From contig JBBQFN010000019.1 in the NCBI GenBank assembly GCA_038321985.1, forward strand, positions 1 through 64,000: a stretch of DNA of 64,000 nt, in the 5' to 3' direction. Below are positions 29,583-39,248 of the stretch, piece after piece. The translations under genes were made by a program, and so were the position numbers. The stretch is from Cyanophyceae cyanobacterium. GTDB taxonomy: Bacteria > Cyanobacteriota > Cyanobacteriia > Cyanobacteriales > Laspinemataceae. The notes under the pieces were generated by a model. The model made no database searches. It had not been told where the DNA came from and saw only the letters and a program-made list of their open reading frames with translations. Position 1 is the first letter of the stretch. Each line of letters begins with the position of its first letter.

Positions 29583-30482
29583 TTAAGCCAATTCCCAACA
29601 GTCACTCCGCGTCAACCGAATTTGGGCCAGGGTAAATATTGTGGGGATAATTCGCCCGTAGTTGGTGGCAATCGTGCGCCAGCCTAAATCGGCGAAAAAC
29701 CAACCCCACAAGACGGGTCCGAGTAAGGTTAAGGCACTGCGGGCCGCCCCATAACGGGCGACGGAGAGGGCCATTCCTCGCTTGGCGGTTTGGGCGCTGA
29801 GGTAAGTCTGAACTTGACCCGCAGCTATTGCACTACCCCGGACGATCGCAGTTTGGGCGACTTGATAGCGGGCAAAATGAAGAGCAAATTGGTGGGCGAT
29901 ATGTTTGAGAACGATCGGCTTGACAACCGAAGTAAAGGCTACCGCACTTCCCCCTTTGAAGAGTAAACCGAGGGGGTCTTTTTGCACCGACAGGGGCAGA
30001 GGTTTAGGAATTTTAGCCCGGGTCAGCGATCGCTGAACTCGCAGAGTCAGGGAGTTTTGTTCCGAGGTGGGTAATTGCCGCCATGCCTTCCCTAACAGGC
30101 ACAGAAACACTTCAGCTTCTAAATCCGTGGTGGACAGTTTTTGAGAATAGGGAATTTTTAAATAGCGGCAAACTTGGATTAAGGTTTGTCGGTAGGTGAC
30201 TTTCCGGGTTTTTCCAGTCAGGACGGTCAAGCCATCAGCGGCAAGATAGCGAAATCGCTCTTCGATCGCATCCAGCCAGAAATCGCGATCGCGACTTTGG
30301 ATGTCGATCGGTTCTGGAGTTTGTAGGTAATCGATTGGATTAAAACGGCGGCGGAATAAGATGTCGGTGATTTGCTGTAATTCCTCTTCCGTGGCTAACT
30401 CTAGCGCTGCTCTCAGTTCTTCCAACGTTGGCTCCTCCCCTCTGCTTGTCTTAAAAACCCTGTGGTTTTGATAGATGGGCAA
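29583..30482 (-). CDS. YaaW family protein
   Basis: ELRAALELATEEEL, RFRYLAADG, YRQTLIQVC, TNYGRIIPTIF; start may be slightly downstream. Confidence 0.82.
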   Translation of the reverse strand: MPIYQNHRVFKTSRGEEPTLEELRAALELATEEELQQITDILFRRRFNPIDYLQTPEPIDIQSRDRDFWLDAIEERFRYLAADGLTVLTGKTRKVTYRQTLIQVCRYLKIPYSQKLSTTDLEAEVFLCLLGKAWRQLPTSEQNSLTLRVQRSLTRAKIPKPLPLSVQKDPLGLLFKGGSAVAFTSVVKPIVLKHIAHQFALHFARYQVAQTAIVRGSAIAAGQVQTYLSAQTAKRGMALSVARYGAARSALTLLGPVLWGWFFADLGWRTIATNYGRIIPTIFTLAQIRLTRSDCWELA

Positions 30483-30641
30483 TCTTTGGTTTGCGATTCT
30501 TCCGCCGACTCAACGGCCAGAAATACTTACGATCTGTTCCTGCCTTCCGAGTTGGCCGATTGCTGTTAGCTTACTCGAAAGCGTCACTGATCCGGTAGAT
30601 TAGTCAAACCCCTTTTTTACATAGAACACAACATTATACCG

Positions 30642-31775
30642 ATGAGCGATCGCATCGTTGAATTTGATATTGCCGTGATCGGTGCTGGCGTCTCCGGGTT
30701 GATCTGCGCCCAGCAGTTGCGGTTCCTGGATCATTCTGTCATCGTCCTAGAAAAATCTCGCGGCGTGGGCGGACGAGTCGCTACCCGTCGATTATACGAT
30801 ACCCATGCTGATTTTGGCGCACCGTTTTTAGACCCTAGGGGGACACTATCCCAACAGTTGGTGCAAGCCCTATCTCGGGCGGGAATTGTGGGACCCTGGA
30901 CCGATACGGTTTATCGCGTTGAAGAGAGCGATCGCACCCCCACTCCCTGTGCCCCCCTTTCTTCTCCTTACTATGTGGCCCCGGCGGGGATCAATGGCGT
31001 AGGCAAATTTTTAGCCCGCAATTTAGAGATTTGGCGTCGCCGTCGAGTCCGAGCACTCACCCCTACAGACGAGGGGAATTGGCATCTGGAGTTAGAAAAT
31101 CTGGGAGAATCCGGGGATAGTTTTGTCCCCTTGGCAGTCCGGGCAAAATCTATCGTAATGGCGATCCCAGCACCCCAAGCGGTGATGTTGTTAGAGTCGG
31201 GGGAGTCGGGTTTGCCTTCGGAGTTCCTCGATCGCCTCAAGGCGGTGGAGTTTGACCCTTGCATCACTGTGATGGCGGGGTATCCGGCATCGAAACAACG
31301 AGACTTAGTTCAGGCAGAGTATCGCGGGCGATCGCTGGTGTTTCCGCCACAAAGTCCCTTGCGGGGACTATTTTGGCAGAGTAGCAAGGGTTCAGGCGCG
31401 ACTCACCCGGTATTTGTGTTTCACAGTAGCGCTGAGTTTGCCGAACGTTATTTAGATGCCACGGACTTGGAAGCCGTAGGGAGAGAATTGTGCCACTACG
31501 CTGGGGAATCAGTGATCCCCTGGTTGAATGCACCGGAATGGATGCAGGTTCATCGTTGGCGCTATGCCTTTTGTAGGCGTCCCCTGAGACAACCGTTATT
31601 GAGCGCGATGACCCCGTTACCGATGGTTTGTGCCGGAGATTGGTGTGGCGATCGGCAAATTGAAACCGCCTTAGAGTCAGGTTTAGCAGCGGCGAAGTGG
31701 GTGAACGACTGCACGGGGGGTTTGCCAATGCCACCCTTAGCCAGTTTGTGGGAGGCGATCGGCAAGGAGGGATAA
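30642..31775 (+). CDS. FAD-dependent oxidoreductase (renalase-like)
   Basis: IAVIGAGVSG, LEKSRGVGGRVATRR, DFGA, HRWRYA, CAGDWC. Confidence 0.9.
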   Translation: MSDRIVEFDIAVIGAGVSGLICAQQLRFLDHSVIVLEKSRGVGGRVATRRLYDTHADFGAPFLDPRGTLSQQLVQALSRAGIVGPWTDTVYRVEESDRTPTPCAPLSSPYYVAPAGINGVGKFLARNLEIWRRRRVRALTPTDEGNWHLELENLGESGDSFVPLAVRAKSIVMAIPAPQAVMLLESGESGLPSEFLDRLKAVEFDPCITVMAGYPASKQRDLVQAEYRGRSLVFPPQSPLRGLFWQSSKGSGATHPVFVFHSSAEFAERYLDATDLEAVGRELCHYAGESVIPWLNAPEWMQVHRWRYAFCRRPLRQPLLSAMTPLPMVCAGDWCGDRQIETALESGLAAAKWVNDCTGGLPMPPLASLWEAIGKEG

Positions 31776-31988
31776 TTGAATTAAAAATATTAAATTACCC
31801 CTAATCTCCCTTCCAGATACCCCGATGCTTTGCTAAAAGTTTAGTAAGAGTCGAGGAATTGACTTATCAAATCACCTAAAATTAGGAGGCGACCTATCCT
31901 CGTCGTTGCTTACAAAAAGCTCTGACCCTGATTTTAGCCCTAATCCGCTGCTTTCATTGCAAAAACACTTACTCAACAAGGGAAAAGT

Positions 31989-34900
31989 ATGCTCTCTTAT
32001 CCGGGTTATAAAATATTAGAAGAAATTCACGAAAGTCACTCTACCGTTGTTTGCCGAGGGCGCAAGAAAGGCCAATCGCAGACAGAAATCCTTAAATTTT
32101 TGAAAACTGAATATCCCACCCCTACAGAAATTGCTAAATTCCGACATCAATATGAAATAATTAAGCCGTTGACTATTCCTGGCATCGTCAAACCTTTAAA
32201 CCTAGAAAGCTGGGGGAGAGGACTGGTATTGACGATGGAAGATGCAGGGCCTTTGACTGTGGAGCAACTGCTGTCTAATCAAACTTTTGACTTGGAAACA
32301 TTTTTCAAAATAGTGATTCCTCTGACCAAAAGTTTGGGAGAAATTCATAAATATTCTATTATCCATTTGGATATCAAGCCTCAAAACGTGGTGATCAATC
32401 TTGATCCATTCCGAGTGACGCTGATTGATTTTGGCATTTCCACCCGCCTCGAACGTTCCCACCAGACCTTGAGTAACCCAAATTTACTGGAAGGGACTTT
32501 GGCTTATATGTCCCCGGAACAAACCGGGCGGATGAATCGCTCCATTGACTACCGCACAGACTTTTATTCTCTGGGAATCACCTTTTATCAAATGCTCACA
32601 GGGGAGCTTCCTTTTGCCACCACTGATCCGGTGGAAATGGTTCATTCTCACATTGCTAAACAACCGATTCCGCCGGATCAAGTCAATCCAGAAGTTCCCC
32701 CTATGGTTAGTGCAATTGTGATGAAATTGCTTTCAAAAACTGGGGAAGAGAGATATCAAAGTGCTTACGGGTTAACCTATGATTTAGAAAAATGTTGGAT
32801 TCAATGGCAAGAAACGGGACAGATTAAAGAGTTTACTCCCGGCGATCGCGACACTTCGGACAAATTTCAGATCTCGCAGAAACTTTACGGCAGAGAAGCA
32901 GAAATTACCGCGTTAATGGCGGCTTTCGGACGAGTCAGCGGAACTGCCGCGCGGGAAGAGACTTCACAAACAGGTTCAACGGCAATTGAACTTATGCTAG
33001 TTTCTGGGTTTTCCGGGATGGGTAAATCGGTGATTGTCCATGAAATTCACAAACCGATCGCCCAGCAACGGGGCTATTTTATCTCCGGAAAGTTTGACCA
33101 ATTCAACCGAGATATTCCTTATCAATCTTTGATTCAAGCGTTCCAGAACCTGATTCGCCAAATTTTAACCGAAACTCCGGAACGGTTAGCTCGTTGGCAA
33201 CAGCGAATTAAAGAAGCCTTAGCCACAGAAGGGCAGATTATTACCGATGTCATTCCGGAATTAGAATTAATTATTGGAGTTCAACCTCCGGTCCCCTCAC
33301 TGCCCCCGACAGAAACCCAAAACCGATTTAATTTACTGTTTCAAAAGTTTATTGCTGTATTCGCGCAAAAAGAACATCCCCTGGCATTATTTCTTGATGA
33401 TTTGCAGTGGGTAGACTTGGCATCTTTAAAACTAATTCAGCAATTAGCGACGGCTTCGGAGAGTCAGGCTTTACTGATTATAGGTGCTTATCGCGATAAT
33501 GAAGTAGATGTGGCTCATCCTTTAATTTCGGCGATGGAGGAAATGGAGGAACAGGGCGCAATTATCAATGGCATCGAACTGCAACCGCTTAAGTTAGAAC
33601 ATATCAATCAATTGATTGCAGATACTCTGCACTGCTCGGAGTTCAAAAGTCTACCTCTAGCTAAGTTAATTTATAATAAAACGCAAGGTAATCCGTTTTT
33701 TATAAACCAGATTCTCCAATCTCTCTATGACAGCAAATTGTTAATTTTTCAGTTTCCGGAGAAAGGGGATAATCAAGGTGGATGGCAGTGGGAAATAGAA
33801 CAAATTCAGGCTGTGGGGATGACGGATAATGTAGTAGGATTAATGACGTCAAAAATCCAGAAACTTTCACTGTCAGTGCAGGAAAATTTGAAGATAGCCG
33901 CTTGTATTGGCAATCGCTTTGATTTGAAAACATTGGCAGTGGTGCGGGAACAGTTCCAGATTGCGATCGCCCGGGATTTATGGCCTGCGGTGCGGGAAGG
34001 ATTCATTTTTTCAAGCAAAAATTACAGCTTTTTACCAGAAAGCAGTGAAGAGACTGCGGCATCTTTACAAGAAAGTGATTTTGAGGTCGAATATAAGTTT
34101 CTGCACGATCGTGTCCAACAAGCTGCCTACTCTCTAATTCCGGAATCTGAACGCCCAACGACTCATTTACGAATCGGCCAGTTGATTTTCAGTCATACCC
34201 GTCCCGAGGATTTAGACTCTAAAATATTTGATATTGTGACCCATTTAAACATGGGTCGCAACTTGATATCAGACCCGGATTTTAAACTAGAATTAGCTCG
34301 CTTGAATAGCATTGCAGGCAAAAAAGCAAAAGATTCAACTGCCTACCAAGCGGCGGTAAAGCATTTGAAAATAGGGCGGCTTTTGTTGCCAAAAAATTCT
34401 TGGGAAAATAATTATGAACTCACATTTTCTTTGCATCGCCAACTAGCCGAATGTGAATATTTAACAGGAAATTTTGCGGGGGCTGACGAACTATTTAAAA
34501 TTACCTTAGAACGCGCTACTGACAAATTTGAACGCGCGGAAATTTATAACCTAATTGTGCTGCTCACGATTACTCAAGAGCGGTTTCAAGAATCAGTGCA
34601 AGCGGGATTAGCGGGAATGAAGCTAATGGGGTTAGAAGTACCGGAAACCGATGGGGAATTGCAAACGGCGATCGGCACTCAAATGCAGGCCGTACAGGCC
34701 CATTTAACCCAGGTAAACATTCCCGATCTCTTGCACCGAACCCCCATGGAAGACCGAGAAAAGCAAGTTTGTATGACTCTCTTGGCAAACTTCTGGGGAG
34801 CTTCATTTGGCGGTGGTTACATTAACTATAATGTCTGGTGCGTCTTAACCCTGACCCAGCTTTCATTAGCCTTTGGTCATGCCGAAACCTCTGCATTTGC

Positions 34901-37352
34901 TTACTCTGCTTACGGGTTGATGCTGGCGCTGCAAGAAGACTATAAAACCGGGTATGAATTTGGCGAACTTTCTTTAAAACTACTAGACAAATCCCAGACT
35001 CCAGTATTTGGTGGCAAAGTCATTAATTTGTTTTGTAATGCGGTTAATACTTACCGAAAACCGTTTAGCAGTAATCTACCTCTCTACGATCGCTCTTACG
35101 GCATTTGCCGGTCTGTGGGAGATGTCATTTATGGAGTTTGGGCCTTATTTTTGAGACTTTGGACCCGCTTGGAAATGGGCGACAACCTGCAAGAAATTGC
35201 CAAAGAGGCAGAAAAATCTCTGATTACTATCCGTCAGACCAATTATCAGAGTATGGTTTATGTTTGTCTGAATTTTCAGCACTTCATCAAGCAATTACAG
35301 GGGATAAATGATGAGTTTGATGAAACGGAAGGTTTGAAGTTTTGGCGAGAAGGGAATTTACTCAGCAGTGTGAATTGGTACTATTATTTAAAAATTCAGG
35401 TTTTATATACCTTCAAGCGTCATGAGGAAGCTCTCACCCTATGCCAGGAAGCTGAACCCCTTGTCCCCGCTAATTTTGGATTTTTCCCTCAGACTAAACA
35501 TCCATTTTATTATGGTTTGACATTAACTGCGGTTTATCCGAGGGCATCGGCAACTGAGCAACAAGAGTATTGGCAAATTCTGGAAAAGCAGCAGCAAAAG
35601 CTGCAAAAATGGGCGGAAAATTGCCCGGAAAATTATCAGGATAAATTCCGGTTACTGTCCGCAGAAATGGCGCGAATTTCGGGAAAAGAACTAGAAGCGA
35701 TGGACCTTTATCGGCAGGCGATCGCCTGCGCTCGGGAATCAGGCTTTACTCAGAATGAAGCTCTCGCCAATGAATTGGCTGCTCAGTTCTATTTTGCCAA
35801 AGGTTGGGATGAAATCGCCAAGGTTTATATCCGAGAGGCGACCTACAATTACCGAAAGTGGGGGGCAGATGCCAAGGTTCAAAGTTTAGAAGCTGAATAT
35901 CCTCAATTCCTGCGTTCTACCGCTAAATTAGGTCAGGCTATTAATTCGTTTCAAACCGTTAATTCATCCACAGGAAGCAGTCAAGGCAGTTCCTTGGATT
36001 TTTTTACGATCATTAAAGCATCCGAAGCATTTTCCAGCGAAATTGTTCTCAGTAAAATGCTGAACAAGTTAATTAAAATTCTCCAGGAGAATGCGGGTGC
36101 AGCTAAAGCCTTTTTGATTTTAAACAACGAGGAAAGATTAACCGTTGAAGCGGCGGTTATTTCAGGGGAAGAGGGGATGGTTTTACAATCGATCCCTGTA
36201 GAAGAATGCGGAGAACTTTCGGCGGGAATTATCAATTATGTGGCAAAAACTCAGTCCGATGTCGTGTTAAATAACGCCAGTCGCGAGGGCCTTTTTACCC
36301 AAGACCCTTATATCCTCGAAACTCAGCCCAAATCGGTGCTTTGTACGACAATTCGACATCAAGGAAAACTCACGGGGATTCTGTATTTTGAAAACAATTT
36401 AACCACTGATGCCTTTACGGGCGATCGCCTAGAAGTCCTGCAAGTCTTAGCCTCCCAAGCCGCTATTTCCCTCGAAAATGCCCTGCTGTACCGCACCCTA
36501 GAGCAAAAAGTCGAGGAACGCACCGCTCAATTAGCCCAAGCGAATGCGGAAATTACCATTCTGAATGAGCGTCTAAAAGCGGATAATTTGCGCATGGCAG
36601 CGGAATTAGATGTCACCCGTCGCCTGCAACAAATGATTTTACCCAAACAGGCGGAACTTAATGCAATTTCCGGGTTAGATATTGCCGGATTTATGGAACC
36701 TGCCGAAGAAGTTGGGGGCGATTATTATGATGTGTTGCAATATCAGGGTCGAGTGAAAATTGGCATCGGGGATGTCACGGGACATGGGTTAGAAAGTGGG
36801 GTGTTGATGATTATGGCTCAAACCGTAGTCCGGAGTTTATTGGAAGGAAATTTTACAGATCCCCAGGAATTTTTAGATGTTCTGAATCGCACGGTTTATC
36901 ATAACGCTCAACGGATGAATTGTGATAAAAGCATGACCTTGGCGCTGTTGGATTATGCCGATGGCGTCTTGCAAATCAGTGGACAGCATGAAGAAGTGAT
37001 TGTGGTGCGATCGGGGGGAAAAGTAGAACGAATTGATACCATTGATTTAGGGTTTCCGATCGCAATGGTGGAAGAAATGGCCGAGTTTGTCACCACTGCC
37101 CGAATCGAGTTAAATCCAGGAGATGTGGTGGTACTTTACACCGATGGTATTACAGAGGCGGTGAACTCTAATAAGCAACTATACGGATTAGAACGGCTGA
37201 TTGATGTGGTCCGAAAAAACTGCAATAGTTCCGCACGTGAAATTCAACAGGCGGCGATCGCAGACGTTAAATCCTATATCGGCCAGCAAAAAGTTTATGA
37301 TGATCTCACGTTACTGATACTTAAACAGAAGGCAGAGGATGAAAAAAAGTAA
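31989..37352 (+). CDS. Multidomain Ser/Thr kinase - STAND/AAA ATPase - helical repeats - GAF - SpoIIE/PP2C phosphatase
   Basis: HLDIKPQN, DFG, GTLAYMSPEQTGRMN; Walker A GFSGMGKS, Walker B LFLDDLQW; GAF ILYFENN; PP2C GGDYYD, IGDVTGHG, YTDGITE, DDLT. Confidence 0.93.
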   Translation: MLSYPGYKILEEIHESHSTVVCRGRKKGQSQTEILKFLKTEYPTPTEIAKFRHQYEIIKPLTIPGIVKPLNLESWGRGLVLTMEDAGPLTVEQLLSNQTFDLETFFKIVIPLTKSLGEIHKYSIIHLDIKPQNVVINLDPFRVTLIDFGISTRLERSHQTLSNPNLLEGTLAYMSPEQTGRMNRSIDYRTDFYSLGITFYQMLTGELPFATTDPVEMVHSHIAKQPIPPDQVNPEVPPMVSAIVMKLLSKTGEERYQSAYGLTYDLEKCWIQWQETGQIKEFTPGDRDTSDKFQISQKLYGREAEITALMAAFGRVSGTAAREETSQTGSTAIELMLVSGFSGMGKSVIVHEIHKPIAQQRGYFISGKFDQFNRDIPYQSLIQAFQNLIRQILTETPERLARWQQRIKEALATEGQIITDVIPELELIIGVQPPVPSLPPTETQNRFNLLFQKFIAVFAQKEHPLALFLDDLQWVDLASLKLIQQLATASESQALLIIGAYRDNEVDVAHPLISAMEEMEEQGAIINGIELQPLKLEHINQLIADTLHCSEFKSLPLAKLIYNKTQGNPFFINQILQSLYDSKLLIFQFPEKGDNQGGWQWEIEQIQAVGMTDNVVGLMTSKIQKLSLSVQENLKIAACIGNRFDLKTLAVVREQFQIAIARDLWPAVREGFIFSSKNYSFLPESSEETAASLQESDFEVEYKFLHDRVQQAAYSLIPESERPTTHLRIGQLIFSHTRPEDLDSKIFDIVTHLNMGRNLISDPDFKLELARLNSIAGKKAKDSTAYQAAVKHLKIGRLLLPKNSWENNYELTFSLHRQLAECEYLTGNFAGADELFKITLERATDKFERAEIYNLIVLLTITQERFQESVQAGLAGMKLMGLEVPETDGELQTAIGTQMQAVQAHLTQVNIPDLLHRTPMEDREKQVCMTLLANFWGASFGGGYINYNVWCVLTLTQLSLAFGHAETSAFAYSAYGLMLALQEDYKTGYEFGELSLKLLDKSQTPVFGGKVINLFCNAVNTYRKPFSSNLPLYDRSYGICRSVGDVIYGVWALFLRLWTRLEMGDNLQEIAKEAEKSLITIRQTNYQSMVYVCLNFQHFIKQLQGINDEFDETEGLKFWREGNLLSSVNWYYYLKIQVLYTFKRHEEALTLCQEAEPLVPANFGFFPQTKHPFYYGLTLTAVYPRASATEQQEYWQILEKQQQKLQKWAENCPENYQDKFRLLSAEMARISGKELEAMDLYRQAIACARESGFTQNEALANELAAQFYFAKGWDEIAKVYIREATYNYRKWGADAKVQSLEAEYPQFLRSTAKLGQAINSFQTVNSSTGSSQGSSLDFFTIIKASEAFSSEIVLSKMLNKLIKILQENAGAAKAFLILNNEERLTVEAAVISGEEGMVLQSIPVEECGELSAGIINYVAKTQSDVVLNNASREGLFTQDPYILETQPKSVLCTTIRHQGKLTGILYFENNLTTDAFTGDRLEVLQVLASQAAISLENALLYRTLEQKVEERTAQLAQANAEITILNERLKADNLRMAAELDVTRRLQQMILPKQAELNAISGLDIAGFMEPAEEVGGDYYDVLQYQGRVKIGIGDVTGHGLESGVLMIMAQTVVRSLLEGNFTDPQEFLDVLNRTVYHNAQRMNCDKSMTLALLDYADGVLQISGQHEEVIVVRSGGKVERIDTIDLGFPIAMVEEMAEFVTTARIELNPGDVVVLYTDGITEAVNSNKQLYGLERLIDVVRKNCNSSAREIQQAAIADVKSYIGQQKVYDDLTLLILKQKAEDEKK

Positions 37353-37422
37353 GGGAAATTCAACCCTAATATCTTCAATGCCATACCACGCAGTTTATCC
37401 CTTAGACGGGTTTCAGTGACGC

Positions 37423-38685
37423 TCAAGGGTTGATAATGAGAGCAGCAAAGGCGATCGCCTCTTCCCGGGTGGAAATCTCTCCCTCCACGGTTGCTAATTG
37501 AATTTGGCTTAAAATCTCCCCAATTTGTGGACCTCGGGGAATTCCTAATTCGCTCATTAAATCCGTTCCCGTAATCAGAACTTTTGGATGTGCCGCCAAG
37601 TCTTCTGGGTCCAAATAGCGCTCCACTGCACTCGCGATCGCCTCCAAAGAAATTCCCGATGCCACGGCGATCGCTGCTACAGAGGGAAACAACGAACCCA
37701 CCTGACGAAAGAGAAAATAATGCGATCGCACTGTCCAGTTTTTTAACTCCGGTTCCGATTGTAAAACCTGCCAACTTTTTATAACCTGAAGCGCTGCTTT
37801 AATTTCTACCCGGCTCAATTTTAATCGCATTAATTGCGCTTCCGCCGCCGCAGCTTCTAACGGTAATAAACAGACTAATTTAGCAACAGCTAAATATCCT
37901 GAAATCCTCAACGTAGCTCGTAAATCTAACGAAAACTCTCCCCCTAATTGAGGCCATTTCTCACCTAATTTTATCGCCGCTTCATCAATGCGGGCTAAAA
38001 TTTCAATTGCATCCTGGGTGGCATCAGGTAGCCAATAGCGCAACAATCCATCCTCCCACGCCGCCACTAGATGAGAACTTCCTCCCCTCCGGTTCAGCAG
38101 ATACCAAAACTCCGTATTCACCCGTTCCGCTGCCACCTGACGCAGCAAAGGCGCTAACTGCCGAATTGCCGCTTGGGTTTGAGGTTCGAGAGTAAACCCC
38201 AATTGTGCAGCCTGGCGATAACCCCGTAACAAACGCAGGGGGTCATCGGCGAGATTCGTCGGGGAAATCATCCGAATGGTGCCGGTTTGTAAGTCTTCCC
38301 GTCCTTTCAGGGGGTCTACAATCTGCCCCGTTTGGGGGTGGTAGGCGATCGCATTGATTGTGAAATCCCGACGTTGTAAATCTGCCTCTAGGGTCATCCC
38401 CTCCTGTTTAGCAAAATCCACCGTGGCATTGGGAAACACCACCCGGGCGATTTTGCGTTCGTCATCCAGGACTACAAAACCCGCTTTGTAGCGATCGGCA
38501 ATCTGCTTTGCAATTTTAATCGCATATCCTGGTAATACAAAATCTAAATCTAAATAGGGGGACTGCCGTTCCAGCAAGGCATCTCGGACCGACCCCCCGA
38601 CGAGATAGGCATCAGAAGGCAACATTTCCACGCTAAACGGCCAAGTTTCGGGACCCAGAGCACGAATAGATTCGCCTTGTTTCAT
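37423..38685 (-). CDS. CCA tRNA nucleotidyltransferase / poly(A) polymerase family
   Basis: YLVGGSVRD, DLDF, DLQRRDFTINAIA, DDPLRLLRGYR. Confidence 0.92.
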   Translation of the reverse strand: MKQGESIRALGPETWPFSVEMLPSDAYLVGGSVRDALLERQSPYLDLDFVLPGYAIKIAKQIADRYKAGFVVLDDERKIARVVFPNATVDFAKQEGMTLEADLQRRDFTINAIAYHPQTGQIVDPLKGREDLQTGTIRMISPTNLADDPLRLLRGYRQAAQLGFTLEPQTQAAIRQLAPLLRQVAAERVNTEFWYLLNRRGGSSHLVAAWEDGLLRYWLPDATQDAIEILARIDEAAIKLGEKWPQLGGEFSLDLRATLRISGYLAVAKLVCLLPLEAAAAEAQLMRLKLSRVEIKAALQVIKSWQVLQSEPELKNWTVRSHYFLFRQVGSLFPSVAAIAVASGISLEAIASAVERYLDPEDLAAHPKVLITGTDLMSELGIPRGPQIGEILSQIQLATVEGEISTREEAIAFAALIINP

Positions 38686-38764
38686 AAAAAAATCAACCTA
38701 CCGGGTGGGCAATATCTGTGCTGATTACGTTAGAGTAACAAAAAAGCCGTATGGAGTGTTTACG

Positions 38765-39013
38765 ATGTGTATTTGCGTAAACTGCCACTATGTCGATCGC
38801 TGCTTAACTTATAACGCAGTAGAATATCAACATCAACAGCCCCACTTAACTGAAACGCCTGATTTTGAACCCCTAGAACCCACGATCAATGTGAATATTC
38901 GCAATACGCCGGATGCAATTGAAATGGAATGGGATGTGGTCGGATGTGAAAGTTTTAAAGCGGAAATGGGCAAATGGGCGCGATTACGTCCCGGGGAATT
39001 AGTTCCCACTTAA
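38765..39013 (+). CDS. ycf34: Ycf34 family protein
   Basis: MCICVNCHYVDRCLTY...EWDVVGCESF; ATG at 38765. Confidence 0.9.
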   Translation: MCICVNCHYVDRCLTYNAVEYQHQQPHLTETPDFEPLEPTINVNIRNTPDAIEMEWDVVGCESFKAEMGKWARLRPGELVPT

Positions 39014-39029
39014 AGTTAAAATCCATCAA

Positions 39030-39104
39030 CGCTTTAATCGATTTAATCTAGTAAATTACCCTTTATTTTATTCAAAATTAGACTGGCTTAAATCGATTGA
39101 AACG
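39030..39104. repeat. Imperfect 23-bp inverted repeat after ycf34 (terminator/processing hairpin)
   Basis: cgctttaatcgatttaatctagt ... actggcttaaatcgattgaaacg (19/23 complementary). Confidence 0.5.
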
Positions 39105-39123
39105 CCACAATTTAGGGGGCATT

Positions 39124-39153
39124 GTAAGGACAGGGCGTTTGCCCTGTCCTTCC
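39124..39153. repeat. REP-like palindrome
   Basis: aaggacagggc-gttt-gccctgtcctt, a perfect 11-bp stem beginning within a gtaa (GTAG-like) tetramer. Confidence 0.6.
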
Positions 39154-39248
39154 TAATTTTAAGGAAAAAACGACCTAACCCTCTTTAAACATAACCCCGA
39201 AGCCGTACAATTAAACCTACCATTCATAATGCCTTGGTGGTGCTGGTT

